DNA from: Sporopachydermia quercuum
Taxonomy: Eukaryota
NCBI GenBank assembly: GCA_001599295.1
Contig: BCGN01000003.1
Span: 682,001 to 746,000 of the forward strand
DNA: 64,000 nt
Direction of reading: 5' to 3'
Positions 44,508 through 57,577 of the stretch are shown one piece after another; position 1 is the first letter of the stretch; every line of letters starts with the position of its first letter. The translations under genes and the position numbers were made by a program. The notes beneath the pieces were generated by a model that was not told the DNA's origin, ran no database searches, and saw only the letters and a list, made by a program, of their open reading frames with translations.

Positions 44508-46964
44508 TTAGTAATTCTTATGTTTTTCCTCTTTATTTTCGTCTTTCACTTCACCCAAAGAGTCTTCTTGATCCACACCATTCATATGTTCATCTTCTTG
44601 TTCTTTAACAAGTCCATCAGGCTCCTCTATGACTTTCTGTTCAATATCATTTTCAGACTCTTTTTTGAAATTCTCTTTTTCTTCGACTATCTCTTCATTT
44701 ACAGCCTCTTCTTTTATTCCATTGTCATTGTCATTATCATGACCATCAGTATCACTATCAGCATCATCCTGGTTATCACTATCATTATGTTCATATTTTT
44801 CATCCTGCTCATCATCTTCTTCATCAGCATACATAACTGTACTTCTGGTTCTTCGTCCTCTAAGCTTCCTTTCATTACTACTATAATGCTCATCATTTGC
44901 CTCTTTATAATTTATACTAGATTTTACCCTTCTTGACTTCCGACCAGAACTCAAACTAGTATCACTATCATTTGTAGAGTAATCATCAGTAAACTCTCTA
45001 ATAAAATCTTCTTCTGTTTGCTCCTTATAAGACACATTATTTCCCCTCGTTCTTCTCCTACCATGTAAATTTACGTCGACATTTGTTTGCAGTTCAGCTA
45101 ATCGTTTCTGTCTTCTAATTTCTGAAGCATTGCGCTTTTCCTTCCTTTCTTCCATTTCTTCAACCTCTTTCAACAAGTTCTTAAATATTTGACATAGTGG
45201 ATTCACCCGATCTAAAAGGTTGTCTTTCATTCTGTCTGATGATGATAAACATAAATCCAAATGCCGTATAAATTGCCTCAGATCGCTAATGTTCTCAGCA
45301 ATAACATACCAATTGTCAAGAGGATCATCAATTGAATTCCTGAATATCACTTTATTAGCTAATCCTTCATCATTTGCATAGATAGCATATTCTGTATCAC
45401 CCAAGCCTTTCACAAAATAAAACCTGAATCTAGACCCATCATCACCGACGTGAAAATCTAATAATCGAATAGAAAAAGGGTCGGAACGTACTCTTTCTTC
45501 GTGATTCGTTTCTAATAGTTCATTCAACTCTCCTATCACACCTTTAATTCTGTCCCTTTTCTCTTCCATTTTTTTCTTTTCTTCAGCATTCTCTGGAGCA
45601 GTTTCCTTTGGTATATTCTCTAAAGTTAACTGTATTCCATCAGAAACAGATTTTTCCTCTAATGCTTTCAATGTTTTGGATTCCTTCTCAATACGAGCTT
45701 CCAAACTGTTAACAAACTCTTGAGAGTCTTTTATACCATAGTAAATGCTTTTCTGATAACCATCTTTTTGTTGACTGCAGGTTTCATTGATGAATGATTT
45801 GATAAGCTCAGTATTACCTAATATCACATGAACCAAAAACCTCAATAACACCAAACGATCCCAAGGAGTCATTGTGAATATATCAAGACTGATTTTGGAT
45901 GATATTCCACTCTCAGTATCATAGTCCCATGGCAATTGCCATTCATAGGGCAGCCCATGACTAGGGATAATGGTTGCCTGAAACTCCTCTAGGGCCTTGA
46001 CTGCTTCCTTTTTTTTAATTCTATCTTTCTTGTTCAATACCAAAGAGAAAAACTCTAGAAATAACTGCAGAGCAAAATCTGACATTTCTGGAGCTTCATA
46101 GTTTTCAGTAGTAATTAATTCTTCGTCTTCGGACTGAGACAGATGTCGAACCTCATTCAGTGACAATTGGTTCTTAGTACTAGTATAATCTGTATTGAAA
46201 CCAAGGCCTAGTAGGATTTTCTGAGGCGAAATGGTATTAGAAAAATGGGCATCGAAACATTCACGGAATTGACGAACAAAAGCAATTATCATTAATGTCG
46301 ATGTTACCATTGGTGTGGGGATATCCTTTCGGATGGCACCTTTAAGCCAAGAGTTGTTGATATCAGTATCATCATCTGGAACTAACGGGACAATATTGAC
46401 TAGAGGACACGTTGGATCAGTAGCAATTGGAGGCATTTGTCGCTTTCGTTTCACTTCCTTCTCAGCAGGATTTTCTTCTGTTTCGGTTTGTTTATTGTTA
46501 ACAGAGTTTTCATTAGTAACAGCAGTGGTTGATTTGGATTTCTTCTTACTACCAGTATTACTATTAGCACTTGCATTACTACCTGAACTTTTCTTAGGAG
46601 ACTTCTTGGATGAAGAACCTTTCTTATTAGCCTCCTCGCTGTTTTCTGTCTTATTACTTCGGCTTTTAGAATCCCCATTTAATGCTGATTTAGGCTTCGC
46701 CTTGGCTTTGCTCTTGGAACTACTTTTAGGCTTACTTATCTTCTTCGGTTTATCCACAACAGGTGATCCAAATAGCGAGATTTGAACTAATTGTTTCTTT
46801 GGTTTCTGTTTCGACAGCGACAAAGGAAGCAATCCAATCATTTTGAAAGGTAATGAAACTTCATTTGACTCTTCATGAATCCCAACTAAGGGTTCATCTA
46901 ACGATGATAATGAAGATAATGAAGACATGGAGCTTCCAGATCCCCGTCTTTCTTCAATGCCCAT
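44508..46964 (-). CDS. IOC3: ISWI-associated chromatin remodelling subunit, Ioc3/Esc8-like (WHIM1-like motif)
   Basis: Basic N-terminus, central IFTMTPWDRLVLLRFLVHVIL...IKSFI (WHIM1-like), RSDPFSIRLLDFHVG and W.VIAENI block, acidic C-terminus. Confidence 0.6.
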   Translation of the reverse strand: MGIEERRGSGSSMSSLSSLSSLDEPLVGIHEESNEVSLPFKMIGLLPLSLSKQKPKKQLVQISLFGSPVVDKPKKISKPKSSSKSKAKAKPKSALNGDSKSRSNKTENSEEANKKGSSSKKSPKKSSGSNASANSNTGSKKKSKSTTAVTNENSVNNKQTETEENPAEKEVKRKRQMPPIATDPTCPLVNIVPLVPDDDTDINNSWLKGAIRKDIPTPMVTSTLMIIAFVRQFRECFDAHFSNTISPQKILLGLGFNTDYTSTKNQLSLNEVRHLSQSEDEELITTENYEAPEMSDFALQLFLEFFSLVLNKKDRIKKKEAVKALEEFQATIIPSHGLPYEWQLPWDYDTESGISSKISLDIFTMTPWDRLVLLRFLVHVILGNTELIKSFINETCSQQKDGYQKSIYYGIKDSQEFVNSLEARIEKESKTLKALEEKSVSDGIQLTLENIPKETAPENAEEKKKMEEKRDRIKGVIGELNELLETNHEERVRSDPFSIRLLDFHVGDDGSRFRFYFVKGLGDTEYAIYANDEGLANKVIFRNSIDDPLDNWYVIAENISDLRQFIRHLDLCLSSSDRMKDNLLDRVNPLCQIFKNLLKEVEEMEERKEKRNASEIRRQKRLAELQTNVDVNLHGRRRTRGNNVSYKEQTEEDFIREFTDDYSTNDSDTSLSSGRKSRRVKSSINYKEANDEHYSSNERKLRGRRTRSTVMYADEEDDEQDEKYEHNDSDNQDDADSDTDGHDNDNDNGIKEEAVNEEIVEEKENFKKESENDIEQKVIEEPDGLVKEQEDEHMNGVDQEDSLGEVKDENKEEKHKNY

Positions 46965-46995
46965 AATTTCAACTATTTACTTTCCGAATAACGGT

Positions 46996-47027
46996 CAAAC
47001 AAACAAACAAACAAACAAACAAACAAA
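46996..47027. repeat. (CAAA)8 microsatellite just upstream of the IOC3-like ATG
   Basis: Read directly. Confidence 0.9.
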
Positions 47028-47412
47028 ACGAGAGCCATGAAAATAACCGTGACATCAGCTATTTGTTATCCTTAAAATGATACTGTAGCTGAATTGATAA
47101 TTGCAGAACCAGATTTCTTTGTCGACACGTCAATTGTGATCCATTAATACAATACATTCACGTATCAGATCACCAAAGACAATTCAATATTAAAATACAA
47201 TATGATACACGAGCTCCTTTCAAAGTCTGAGCCAAAACCTGAGAAATCAAATACGTTATTTATATGTATATCCACACTTGCTCCATCTGTCTACTAGAAT
47301 AATTGTACAAGAAATAAGCTCTTCACTGTTATGTAGATATAAGAAGAAATATCAATATAGTAACTTCACGTTTCTTTGTTCCTAATTAAACTGGAGAGGG
47401 ACGATGAAAGTA

Positions 47413-47478
47413 CATGTGACGCAACAAAGTTAATCACGTGATCAATGTCATATGACAAGATCTCTCACATCACGTGAT
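47413..47478. promoter_or_regulatory. Cluster of bHLH E-box sites (Cbf1/Tye7-type TCACGTGA) upstream of the IOC3-like gene
   Basis: ATCACGTGAT at 47433-47442 and 47469-47478, plus CATGTGAC at 47413. Confidence 0.55.
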
Positions 47479-48293
47479 GGATAATATTGAAAAATAACGG
47501 AAAAGATGAATAAATTTTGGGTTGCAAAAATGAAATGAGACTTGGAATTATGAAATGGAAAAGTCGGCAGGATGAAAAAAAGNAGGTTGCGCTATACCTG
47601 TAAGAATAAAAGTGTGGAGAAGTTCAGTACGCAAGAAAACAGAATATAACATGGCAATGGTATAGTTGTTTTGTGCTGTATGTACCACTGTGCCAATCAG
47701 AGATGTTTTTGCTTCTAAGTAAGACTTAACTGTGTGGTGTTAATGATCATCTACAAGTAGGAATTTCGTAAGCATGTGGACATTGAAGAAAACAATTGGC
47801 TATATAGAGAGCAATTAAACAAGAGAAACGATAAACAGGAAATAAGAAGAAATTCTGATACTATAAGTACTAAAAGAAAAGGGAATAGTAATAAAGGAAA
47901 TAAACCTGGGGAGAAAAAAAAGATAGAAAAAGAAACAGATAAATTGAATTTGATTGAGGTGATGTTGATAATGACCAGATAAGATAATCATTAAAGTCGA
48001 GGGTAGGGAGAGGAAAACGAAGATCGAAGAAGGAAACTCGTGAAATGAATCATATCATACCTCGCTGCTGTATATAGATGTATCAAAATGTATTTGAAAC
48101 AAGGATCTGAATGGATATGCGCAGCAATGAAAGGTAATCAGTAGAACATTGAGATAGGTAATAAGGAAACTCTAAGCAAGACAAAAACTAAAAAAAATAG
48201 GCATAAAAAAGTTTGATTGATAGAAGAGACTGCTGATGATCTGATGACGTTCATGAAATTGATGTAAATAATCTCTAGCTGAGAAAAAAAAGT

Positions 48294-48354
48294 TGATGTT
48301 GATGATAATGATTATGATGATGACGTTAATGACGATGATGACGATGATGATGAC
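48294..48354. repeat. Degenerate (GAT/GAC)n tract downstream of GLC7
   Basis: Read directly; non-coding. Confidence 0.65.
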
Positions 48355-48646
48355 ATATAAGGGAAAGAACTGCGATGAGAATCAAAAATATAGATGAATA
48401 TATAGAGAAATGACATTCGACACAATACAAGTTCCGATCAAGTTGTGAATAATGTGTGCGGTTATACAAATGCTTCTTCCTTATATTATTCGTCTCAAGT
48501 CAAATATTCTGAGCAATGTAATGTAAGGCTAAAAATTTAGTAAAAAAACCATCAAACTCATTCTCGTTTATTTTTTTCCTGCCTTTCCTTTCCTCTCTTT
48601 TCATTCATTTATTCATATACTTTTTATTTTCTTCTTTCATGTAAAT

Positions 48647-49621
48647 TTATTTCTTCCCTTTTGCCTTTCTGGGGGGAGTTATAGGTCTTGAACCGGCACC
48701 AGGATGACTGAATTTAGGTTTCTTCTCTGCAGGTTTCAGGATTTGGAACGAGCAAAGTAAACTTTCGTCTACACTCATCATTGCACCCGCGTTATCAAAC
48801 TCCCCACAGTAATTAGGGGCAGAAAATAATGTAACCAGCTGTCTCCTTGAGAAAAATTCATAACCATCTTCCACGACTTGGTGAGCTCTACAAATAAGAT
48901 CCATATCATGTTTCTGTAGAAACCTTGATACCACGTCAGGACCAAATGTAAATGAAACACCTCGATCATTTTCACTCCAGCCTGTTATATCTTTATCAGG
49001 ATCTGACCATAACAGATCACATAGTAATCCAACGTCTGGGATATCGGTTGGTCTCATGACTCTTCTAATCTGTTCCATTGAGTTCAAATCAGGTGACAGA
49101 CCACCATGCATTGTGAAAATCTTTTCATCAATAATTGCAGCTATAGGTAAGCAGTTGAAACAATCGGTGAATGTTTTCCATAGTTTGATATTATATCGAC
49201 GTTTACATTCATCATAGAAACCATATATACGGTTGATTGATGCACATTCGTGGTTTCCTCTTAAGATAAAAAAATTCTCTGGATATTTGATTTTATATGC
49301 CAGTAGTAGACAAATGGTTTCCAATGATTGTTTACCACGATCAACGTAATCTCCTAAAAATAAGTAATTGGCTTCTGGTGGGAACCCTCCATATTCGAAG
49401 AGTCGTAGTAAATCATAATATTGACCATGGATGTCTCCACAAATCTTGATAGGGGCTTCTAATTCTAATAAAATTGGTTGATGAATGAATATTTCTCTAG
49501 CTTTTGTACAAAGGTATCTAATTTCAGATTCTTCCAAATTGACCTGTCGACCTGGTCGATTACCTCGGACTTCCAAAAGTCTATCGACAATGGAATCCAC
49601 ATCAGCTTCTGGAGTCGCCAT
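48647..49621 (-). CDS. GLC7: Protein phosphatase 1 catalytic subunit
   Basis: GDIHG, GDYVDRG, RGNHE, SAPNYC and C-terminal RPITPPR CDK site. Confidence 0.99.
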   Translation of the reverse strand: MATPEADVDSIVDRLLEVRGNRPGRQVNLEESEIRYLCTKAREIFIHQPILLELEAPIKICGDIHGQYYDLLRLFEYGGFPPEANYLFLGDYVDRGKQSLETICLLLAYKIKYPENFFILRGNHECASINRIYGFYDECKRRYNIKLWKTFTDCFNCLPIAAIIDEKIFTMHGGLSPDLNSMEQIRRVMRPTDIPDVGLLCDLLWSDPDKDITGWSENDRGVSFTFGPDVVSRFLQKHDMDLICRAHQVVEDGYEFFSRRQLVTLFSAPNYCGEFDNAGAMMSVDESLLCSFQILKPAEKKPKFSHPGAGSRPITPPRKAKGKK

Positions 49622-50587
49622 TTTATTGAGTTGACTATGTGTTGAAAATGTTGTTTATCTGTACCTCTTGAGTGAATTATGATACNCTTCTAAGTTAAAA
49701 CCGGCTATAGTAAGTATTAGAAGCAATAATATACTTTCGCCTGGTGCTCCTTATGATAAATATGGGAATAGGGCCAGTAGTAGATTATATCTTGATGCTA
49801 AAAGAATATATCTGAATGCACAATAAAACTAATGAAATCCGTACTTGGTTTCTGCTTGAAGGCAAAAGTGATCTTGATAACAACAGAATCTGATAAATAA
49901 GTCAACACTCTTCAATACAACACGTGATGCAATAGAGTATCAATCACCAAAGAGTTATTATAACAAAGATGGAAGAATCAAAAGGCTATCCACTTAGTTT
50001 CTCTTTCTTAACAACTTCAAAAGATTCTTTTTGCTGGCTGCCGTGACTATTTGAAAGGATGCCGCCCTTATAATTACTGATCAATCAACAACTAAAATCA
50101 ATGATATGCAACCTAACAGATCAACATACCAAATCTGCTTATACTCTGATAACCAATACAAGGGATCTCTTCAGAATCAATTGCTTTTAATAGTATACTT
50201 GTTGCTTCGAAGTTGTGACTTCTTTCGAATTTCAACCAATATTAGATCCTGAATCCTAATATATATCTGGTGAGCCAACTTCAGTAAACAGGCCAACAAA
50301 CAACACACACAACACAACCACAACAACAATCCAAATCCAAATCCTTTGTTTGTTTGCGGTTACGGATTGATAGAATTGTCAATAGTGATGTAAAATAGTA
50401 TTCTAATAACGATTCTTCTAATGTTTGATTATTCTTTTGTTTTATCAACTTCAACATATATTGACATAACGTAACATACTTGCCGTTTGTTGTAAACAAG
50501 CAAACAATTTCGGGAGGAAAAAGAGGAGCGAAGAGGAAGGGAAAATAAGCTAATGTGTGCTTGTGTAGGCTGGGGGTCTGAAGGCGG

Positions 50588-50624
50588 GAAGTAAGTGACA
50601 TGATTTAGTCATGTCACTTACTTC
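50588..50624. repeat. Perfect 16-bp inverted repeat with 5-nt spacer
   Basis: GAAGTAAGTGACATGA-tttag-TCATGTCACTTACTTC. Confidence 0.9.
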
Positions 50625-53013
50625 AGACAGGAGTTATAGGACGGAATTGTGACTTTTGATAGTGTGAAAAAGAAAAATGGATAAAAAGATAACATCAATA
50701 TTCCAGCACTCATTTCATTGGAATATTGATAATTATTGGCTATAGGTAAATGTAAGTTATATTTTATAGATAATCAGTGTTTCGGACTATTCTTATGCTT
50801 AGTGAAGCATACCTCTTAGATGTTGCTATGTCAGGGACACATCACTTTTTTTGAGACTGTTAGCTAATTTCCTGTCTTGGTTAAATTGGTACTCTAGCCA
50901 AGTGACAGACCCTTAGGGTGTTAAGGTGTGCAACTGTGTTTCGTAAGGAGATGGTTTAATTTTGCACCCATGTACCTAAGACAAATGTATGACACAACTT
51001 CAGTTTCTTTTACTAATCAGACCCCCATTGATACTTATGAGTGGTTTGACTGTTCTATACTCAAGGAATGAAGTACTGGTGAATGTTAGCTTGCTCAGTT
51101 GAAAAGAAGAAGACAACTATAAAAAAATATCAAACAATACTTTATCAATTGAATAAGAAATAATTGTATCAAACTTAAGGAAAAAGAAATTGGCGGTTCA
51201 AAATGAAGGACTGGTGTTCAGTGGTGGCTTCCAGTGGATTGCCATAATCGGTACAAAGATAACCAAGAACGAACACACTCCAAGACATCAATCAAATCAA
51301 TCTTAGGTAATCAAATGGTTGACTATGGAGTTTTGCGTTACTGTTGTAATTGTTCGACATACTCCATATAAATAATCCAGTATGCGAGATGTTTAGAGTA
51401 GATTGGTTTGTTCTTTATGGAAAAAAGAAAGTTAAGCTTGAATAAATATTGTTGAGTAGAATCACTACCTCAGCACCGTACGCGCCCATCCATACGCTCT
51501 GCTGATCACCTGACTCCATCGACAATATTTTGGTAATCTAGCATAGAATTTATTTCTCTTGATCCAAGTGATATATGCTATCAAATCCCACTACCAAGGA
51601 GACGAATAGTAGATAAAACATTTCCACTATTATTGAGACTTGCCATTTATTTTAATCAATCTTCACTTTCTTGCAAATAATACCAATAGAAATGGAATCT
51701 ACACCAACCACATCTTCGTCGATTGAATCATCATTCCAAATTCCAATAACCGGTTACCATACTAGAAAAGAGGTCTAACCAGGTATTGGCCGCTATGGAG
51801 CATTATTTCCGGTTTAAGCCGTAGGTGATATTCTTTAACCTCTATGGGAGGATTCTAATATCAAGAAACAGTTGATATTTTTTGAATTATCGCAGATAGT
51901 GTATTATAGCTACTGAGCATTTACTGATTTACTGTTTCCAGTCAAACGACTGACTACAATACTTTCAATAGTATATCCTGCTTTCCGCCTACTTTTCCAT
52001 CTTGCGAACTTAAAGAGCACGCTCTCTAATTTGATCCGAAAGCACTTATCACATCATCCACTATCATACTTCCTACTGTCTTCTCTAGAACATTCAAGCA
52101 CAATCAGAATAATTCAAACTATATCCTCACTATCATATGTTACATAATTCAATTGTATATTCAATTCTTCTTCTCATACTCATCTTCCTGNTCACGCTTC
52201 CTCCATTCATATGTTTTCCGATATTGCCCTGCCCTCATCACAAGATAGCCGCATCGGGAACGAAATCTATCAATTCCATCACTCAACGATTGATTCTTAT
52301 TTCCTTTTCAATAAATAAGAAAATTAATAGAAAAATGTAAAACTGATATTAGACTGAAGGATTCTCAGACAATGTAATGATTAAATTTAATGGAATTATT
52401 TCTTTTATTATTATTCTTTTCTATCTGTCATTCGCATTTTATCTCCTCCTTACAATAGCATAAGGAATCTCAGGTATAGTAAATCTTCGCTTCGCGCCGG
52501 CAATAAGTAAGCTCACGTAAGTAAACTTAATTATGCCCGTCTAAAGTAGGACCGAAATGTTTAGAGAGAAGTTAAACCGGAGATGATGCCAGAGAAAAAC
52601 GGCCATATCAACTTTGAGCAAAGGAATATCACTAAATTTTAAGAGTTCTACAGTCTCGTGACTATAAAATTTACTGCTTGAATTAATATTAATAACAATT
52701 TAGCCAAAAGAACTAAGCTGACTATGGCTCGACTTCCTCATCCCTATCTGGAGTATGTCAATGACAAAAGTAGAGAATGAAACAAAGCGTTTGTTTTACA
52801 CTACAATTCACAGGAAAAGCCCATTCCAGTATCAGAATCCATTCCCGCATTAACAGCAGAGTCTCGAATCAATCACTCAACTAAAGTAGCAAGTGTTCAA
52901 ATAAATCGAAAAAGCTTCTATTTTCATTCTTCATTGCTTTCAGAGGTAGATTGGTAGTATGATGGATCATCGCCTAACTAAAATACATATAAACANGTTT
53001 TCTGTCAATACCG

Positions 53014-53022
53014 GTCACGTGA
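53014..53022. promoter_or_regulatory. Cbf1-type E-box GTCACGTGA upstream of VTS1
   Basis: Exact RTCACGTG consensus, about 130 bp before a pyrimidine-rich probable transcription start region. Confidence 0.45.
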
Positions 53023-54208
53023 TATGTTAATTCGAGCTCTGGATCTCTAGTAGTAACAGCCAATTTGATAAAGAATTATTAACTGTAATTGTCAGTCATT
53101 TTGATTTTAAATAATGACTAAACATTTCAGTTTCTTACCTCTCTCTCTATCCTTCACAATTTCTTCATTTCCAACATATCACTCATCTGTCTCCATATCC
53201 GAACCGTCTACTCCCCTTTCTCCGTCAGCCATGTTCCATTATTTCGGAAATCATTCATTTCTGGTTGCCTCCCTCATTATCTCCGATATTTATNCCAACA
53301 CCTTGAAAAAAATTCCGTTCCTTTCAACATCTCGAGTTTCTTCCTCTCCCATTATTTGAGATAGAAGAACATTAAAACAGAGGGTAAGAGTAAAATAATC
53401 AAAACATGGATTTGTTCCTTTACTCTGTATTTATTCAATTACTAGCAGTATCAAATAGCAAATTTTTTTGTGTGCTTGTTTTATTTCATTTTTCTGCTTG
53501 ATTGTTTATTCTGTTGTTCACTGAACAGTGTCAAGATTTGCAACTGAAGTACGAAGCAAACAAAGAATCAACAAAACAAGCTAGAAAGCGAGAAAAGGAG
53601 CTTGTTATTTGTTGACATTGTATAGCATAAAGGATATAATCTTTGATTGCAAACAGAATTGATTATCAGGAGAAGCTGTTCATTTGGAATTCTGGAATTC
53701 GTTGAATGGTTCAATAAACAGATGATAGTGTCCTATGTGCAATTGAAGTGAAAAAAAGTATCCAATCAATCGCTGTTGAATGATCAATTCAGGGCATCAA
53801 CAACAAACATTTGGAAGGCAAATTTAGCAGTGGAACCTATTTTATTATTTTGATTTTGATAATCTACTGTACCAGCTAATCAGACTCAGATTCTAAGCTT
53901 CAGGAAGCAATTTGTAGTTTGCGATAGAGGTACTATATTGTCATATCGTTAAGACCCCACTAATCATTCAATAATCAATTCAAGTTCATTAATCAACCAA
54001 TCAAACAATCAATATTGGATTATGAAGTGGTGAATATTCAAAGAATCAATTGAATGTTCATATCTCAATCATAAGAGCTGGTTCTCATTTATTAATTAAT
54101 CCCTAGAAACTAATAACAACTGCAATCCAAAGGACAATTTCCTTTATATTTCTATTGACTCTTTCTCAAAGATCTACAGCATCCACAACTACAATTACCG
54201 TTTCAACT

Positions 54209-56449
54209 ATGAGCTCATCAATGAGTAAAGGAGGTGACGAATCGTTTGGTTCTCACAGTTCTAATGACTCCTCTTCAGGTAATTCTTGCATTAATACTAA
54301 TACTGAAAATTTGGGTCCCAAGTCAAAACCTATTGGCACTAATCTCATCGATAGTAATAGATTGCCTATCAACTCTTCAAAGGTCAAACCGAAAACTAGT
54401 AACAAAATCGATAATAACCCTACTGGTTTAGAGGCCAATGATCCATCATTATCATTCCAGTCGTTATTAACTAAAGTAAAGTCTAAGCTACACTCTTCAT
54501 CTTCAATCTCGCTTACCACATTAACTAATGACGTTGGCCATATTGATCTTAACTCGCCAGGTGTTTCAATTAGCCCATCAAACTATTTCTATACTGGTTT
54601 ACAGCAAGTTCTTGTGTGGTTTGATCAGTTAGACTCAACCGAATCATTAGCTGCTGCTTATGAGATTGTCAATAAAATATCAGACTCTCAAGCCCACCTG
54701 GAATTCTTATTGGAAATAATACAGCAAAAACTTACTGACGTTGAAGAATTCAAACCTCTACTTATGGATTCAACAAGCAAGCTTCTGGATACTAAATTCA
54801 ATGGCAGATTCTCAATCTCGAACCCTAGTTTTGGGCCAGGTGGACCGAGTGGAAATAGTAGTGATAATGAGAACAGCAAAAATAATGTTGATTTAGACTC
54901 AGCTTTTGCTAATAATGGTCCTACTAGTACGGTACCTAAATCGCCAATTTTACCATCTAAATTCAACTCTCCAACTTCATCAATCGCTGCTTTACTATCT
55001 CCAAATGCAAATGCAGGCAATGGTCAACTAGATTCCTATGTTCATTCAGGACTTAGAAATGGCGGTGGGTTCGCTCCACAGCCTGAGTTCTTTTCTGCTC
55101 AAGGCTCAGACCCTTTGTCAACCTCAGGAGGTTCTGGACTATATGGGTCGCGTGCTCTTGACAATAGTTTTTATTATGGCTCGTCTTTATCTACTCAAAG
55201 TGATTGGCCAGGTCTCTATAATATGGATAACTTAAGACCAAAATCTGCTGATCCATTTTCTACGCATCATAACCATCATTATGGTCATTTTGATGATTCC
55301 TTCAATTCACATCTCAGTAGTGGTAATACCAATATTAGTACTGGTGATGGCCCTGATTCTCAAGCCAATACCAATCTTGGATTGGTTTCTGAAATGCCGG
55401 CTAGATCAATGACAGCAGCTCCTCAATTATACACCCCACGACCAACTAGAAATATCATGATGAATGATCAATCAGTATTTACAGAGCCTTTACCAGAGAC
55501 GAATTATCCTGTGGATAATGATTTCACCTATAATCAGCAANCATATTTTGGGGGAGTGAATAATCTAGCAGGTAATAATATTAATAGTAGTACCAATAAT
55601 AACAGCAACAACAACAATAATAATAATACAATTGGTACGAAATTCTCACCTCATATTTCATACTATTCTTCAAACAACGAATTAGATCAAACTATTGCAG
55701 GATCTCCATCAGTGGCAAGAAACTATCGCAAACGATTAGGTTCTTCTCATATAAGATCAAGATCCCAACCTAATGAATCTCAAATCCATTCACGTCCTCA
55801 TGGCTATAATGGAGATTTTTCTACAGGTAATGGAGGATCTAATATTGATTCAGAAAGTAATGTCACAACACCAGCAGCTCCAAGTTCGCTACTTAAGCTT
55901 GCTTTTGCTAATACGTCTCATGGTGGTAATAACGTCAATAGCAATAGTAACAGCATCAACAATGTTCATAATAATAATCATAATTATGTGAATAATGGTT
56001 CTGGAATGTCATCACCGACACCCAAAAGATTACCACCACGTAGACAACCTTTCACTACGCCTTCAGGACATTTCCAACAAATGCAACAGCAGCAGCAGCA
56101 AGCTAGATTTCTCAACAATAGATCCATGAATAGTAGTAATAATACTAATAACAATACTCCTCATATTCATAGACAAGGAGAAAGCACTCCAGGGACTCCA
56201 TCGAATTCAGCAGTAACACCAAATCAAATAGCGTCATTAGCAACAATGAAAGACGTCACTGCTTGGTTGAGATTATTGAGATTGCATAAGTATACAGAAT
56301 ATTTGAAAGATGTTGAATGGGAGAAATTGATTGAATTGAGTGATTCAGAATTAGAAGAACGTGGGGTTAAAGCACTAGGGGCTCGTAATAAACTACTTAA
56401 ATGTTTTGCTATTGTGAAAGATGGATTAAATGGAAAGCTAGTTGAATAG
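54209..56449 (+). CDS. VTS1: Smaug-family RNA-binding protein Vts1 (C-terminal SAM domain)
   Basis: C-terminal [18 protein letters not shown]...[17 protein letters not shown], conserved LRPKSADP motif, N/Q-rich regions. First ATG is at 54209. Confidence 0.9.
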   Translation: MSSSMSKGGDESFGSHSSNDSSSGNSCINTNTENLGPKSKPIGTNLIDSNRLPINSSKVKPKTSNKIDNNPTGLEANDPSLSFQSLLTKVKSKLHSSSSISLTTLTNDVGHIDLNSPGVSISPSNYFYTGLQQVLVWFDQLDSTESLAAAYEIVNKISDSQAHLEFLLEIIQQKLTDVEEFKPLLMDSTSKLLDTKFNGRFSISNPSFGPGGPSGNSSDNENSKNNVDLDSAFANNGPTSTVPKSPILPSKFNSPTSSIAALLSPNANAGNGQLDSYVHSGLRNGGGFAPQPEFFSAQGSDPLSTSGGSGLYGSRALDNSFYYGSSLSTQSDWPGLYNMDNLRPKSADPFSTHHNHHYGHFDDSFNSHLSSGNTNISTGDGPDSQANTNLGLVSEMPARSMTAAPQLYTPRPTRNIMMNDQSVFTEPLPETNYPVDNDFTYNQQXYFGGVNNLAGNNINSSTNNNSNNNNNNNTIGTKFSPHISYYSSNNELDQTIAGSPSVARNYRKRLGSSHIRSRSQPNESQIHSRPHGYNGDFSTGNGGSNIDSESNVTTPAAPSSLLKLAFANTSHGGNNVNSNSNSINNVHNNNHNYVNNGSGMSSPTPKRLPPRRQPFTTPSGHFQQMQQQQQQARFLNNRSMNSSNNTNNNTPHIHRQGESTPGTPSNSAVTPNQIASLATMKDVTAWLRLLRLHKYTEYLKDVEWEKLIELSDSELEERGVKALGARNKLLKCFAIVKDGLNGKLVE

Positions 56450-57577
56450 TTACGAATAGGATGATGACATAGGATATGATAACATTATATTATTTATGAT
56501 GCTGGTCGGGAGCCTTGTTGTTTACAATGAATGATCTGAGAGAAGATAGAGACTAGCAGAAGTATTAATTTCAAGTAATTAAGAGAAATAGTTTTAATAG
56601 AAGCTTATAAACTGATAAATAAAACAAAAAGTATAGATTACATAATAAGGTATATATAATTGGTTGAACGTATTGAGTAGATCGGGTTAATCTCTATACG
56701 GGCATCATTATCTCTTTACTATAGAGTCACCATATTATTTCAACGTTTTCTCCTTCTGAGACAGAGTGGATTGCGAGGCTTTTTACAGCAAATAAATAGA
56801 ATATGATTCATCCACCAGATAGTTTAAACAGCTTTACCAGTAGACTTGAAAAGGATGAGATGAGAAGCCATTAACTAGCATCCATATATCCCAATGATAA
56901 CGTAATCACTTAGTAATTAATAAAGCCTCCTTGGGGTATTCTGAAGAGACAACTTCTAACCCGATAAATAAAAAGTTGCCTTAAATGCACTATTTGTTTT
57001 GGGTCTTAGTACCTTTTCTAGCCCAAATTTCTGTGATTCACCGACTGTTTATTGCAATGAAAAAATAATAAGTTTCATCAAACTTTTATAATAATGGTAT
57101 TGAGATTTATACTGAAAGAGTTATTCTGTTTTTTATAAATAGCTATATATGTGAATAAAAAGAAGTCTAATAAAACAAGCTGTACAGTCGTTCATAGGTC
57201 ATAGTTCATAAGAAGTACGATTGCTGTCGCATATTGACGATATGGCACTAGCAGCATTTCAATAACTATCCAGCAATAAATCAGAGCAAATGATATCAAA
57301 CTTTCCTTCATTCGCTATGCGTTTATGTTGATGNTGAATGTGATGAATGCCATTGGATCATTCTGATAGTTATATGCAATAACTATCTATTGATCTAAGC
57401 CAGACTCAGTCATCACTATCATCTAGAAGACCACTACATCATATTGTCTCCAATTCTTATTCCTAACTCAATTCAACTTCATTCATGGCTTCTCTCTTCG
57501 TCATAAGAATATTTATAGAATCGTAACTAATAATACATCCTTTGTTCCTTTGTTCCTTCATTCCTTCATTCTCCCAT

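Noticed and set aside
53384..54132. Possible 5'UTR intron of VTS1 (GTAAGA...AACTAAT...AAG)
   Set aside because: Donor, branch point and acceptor are all weak; it cannot be supported without transcript data.
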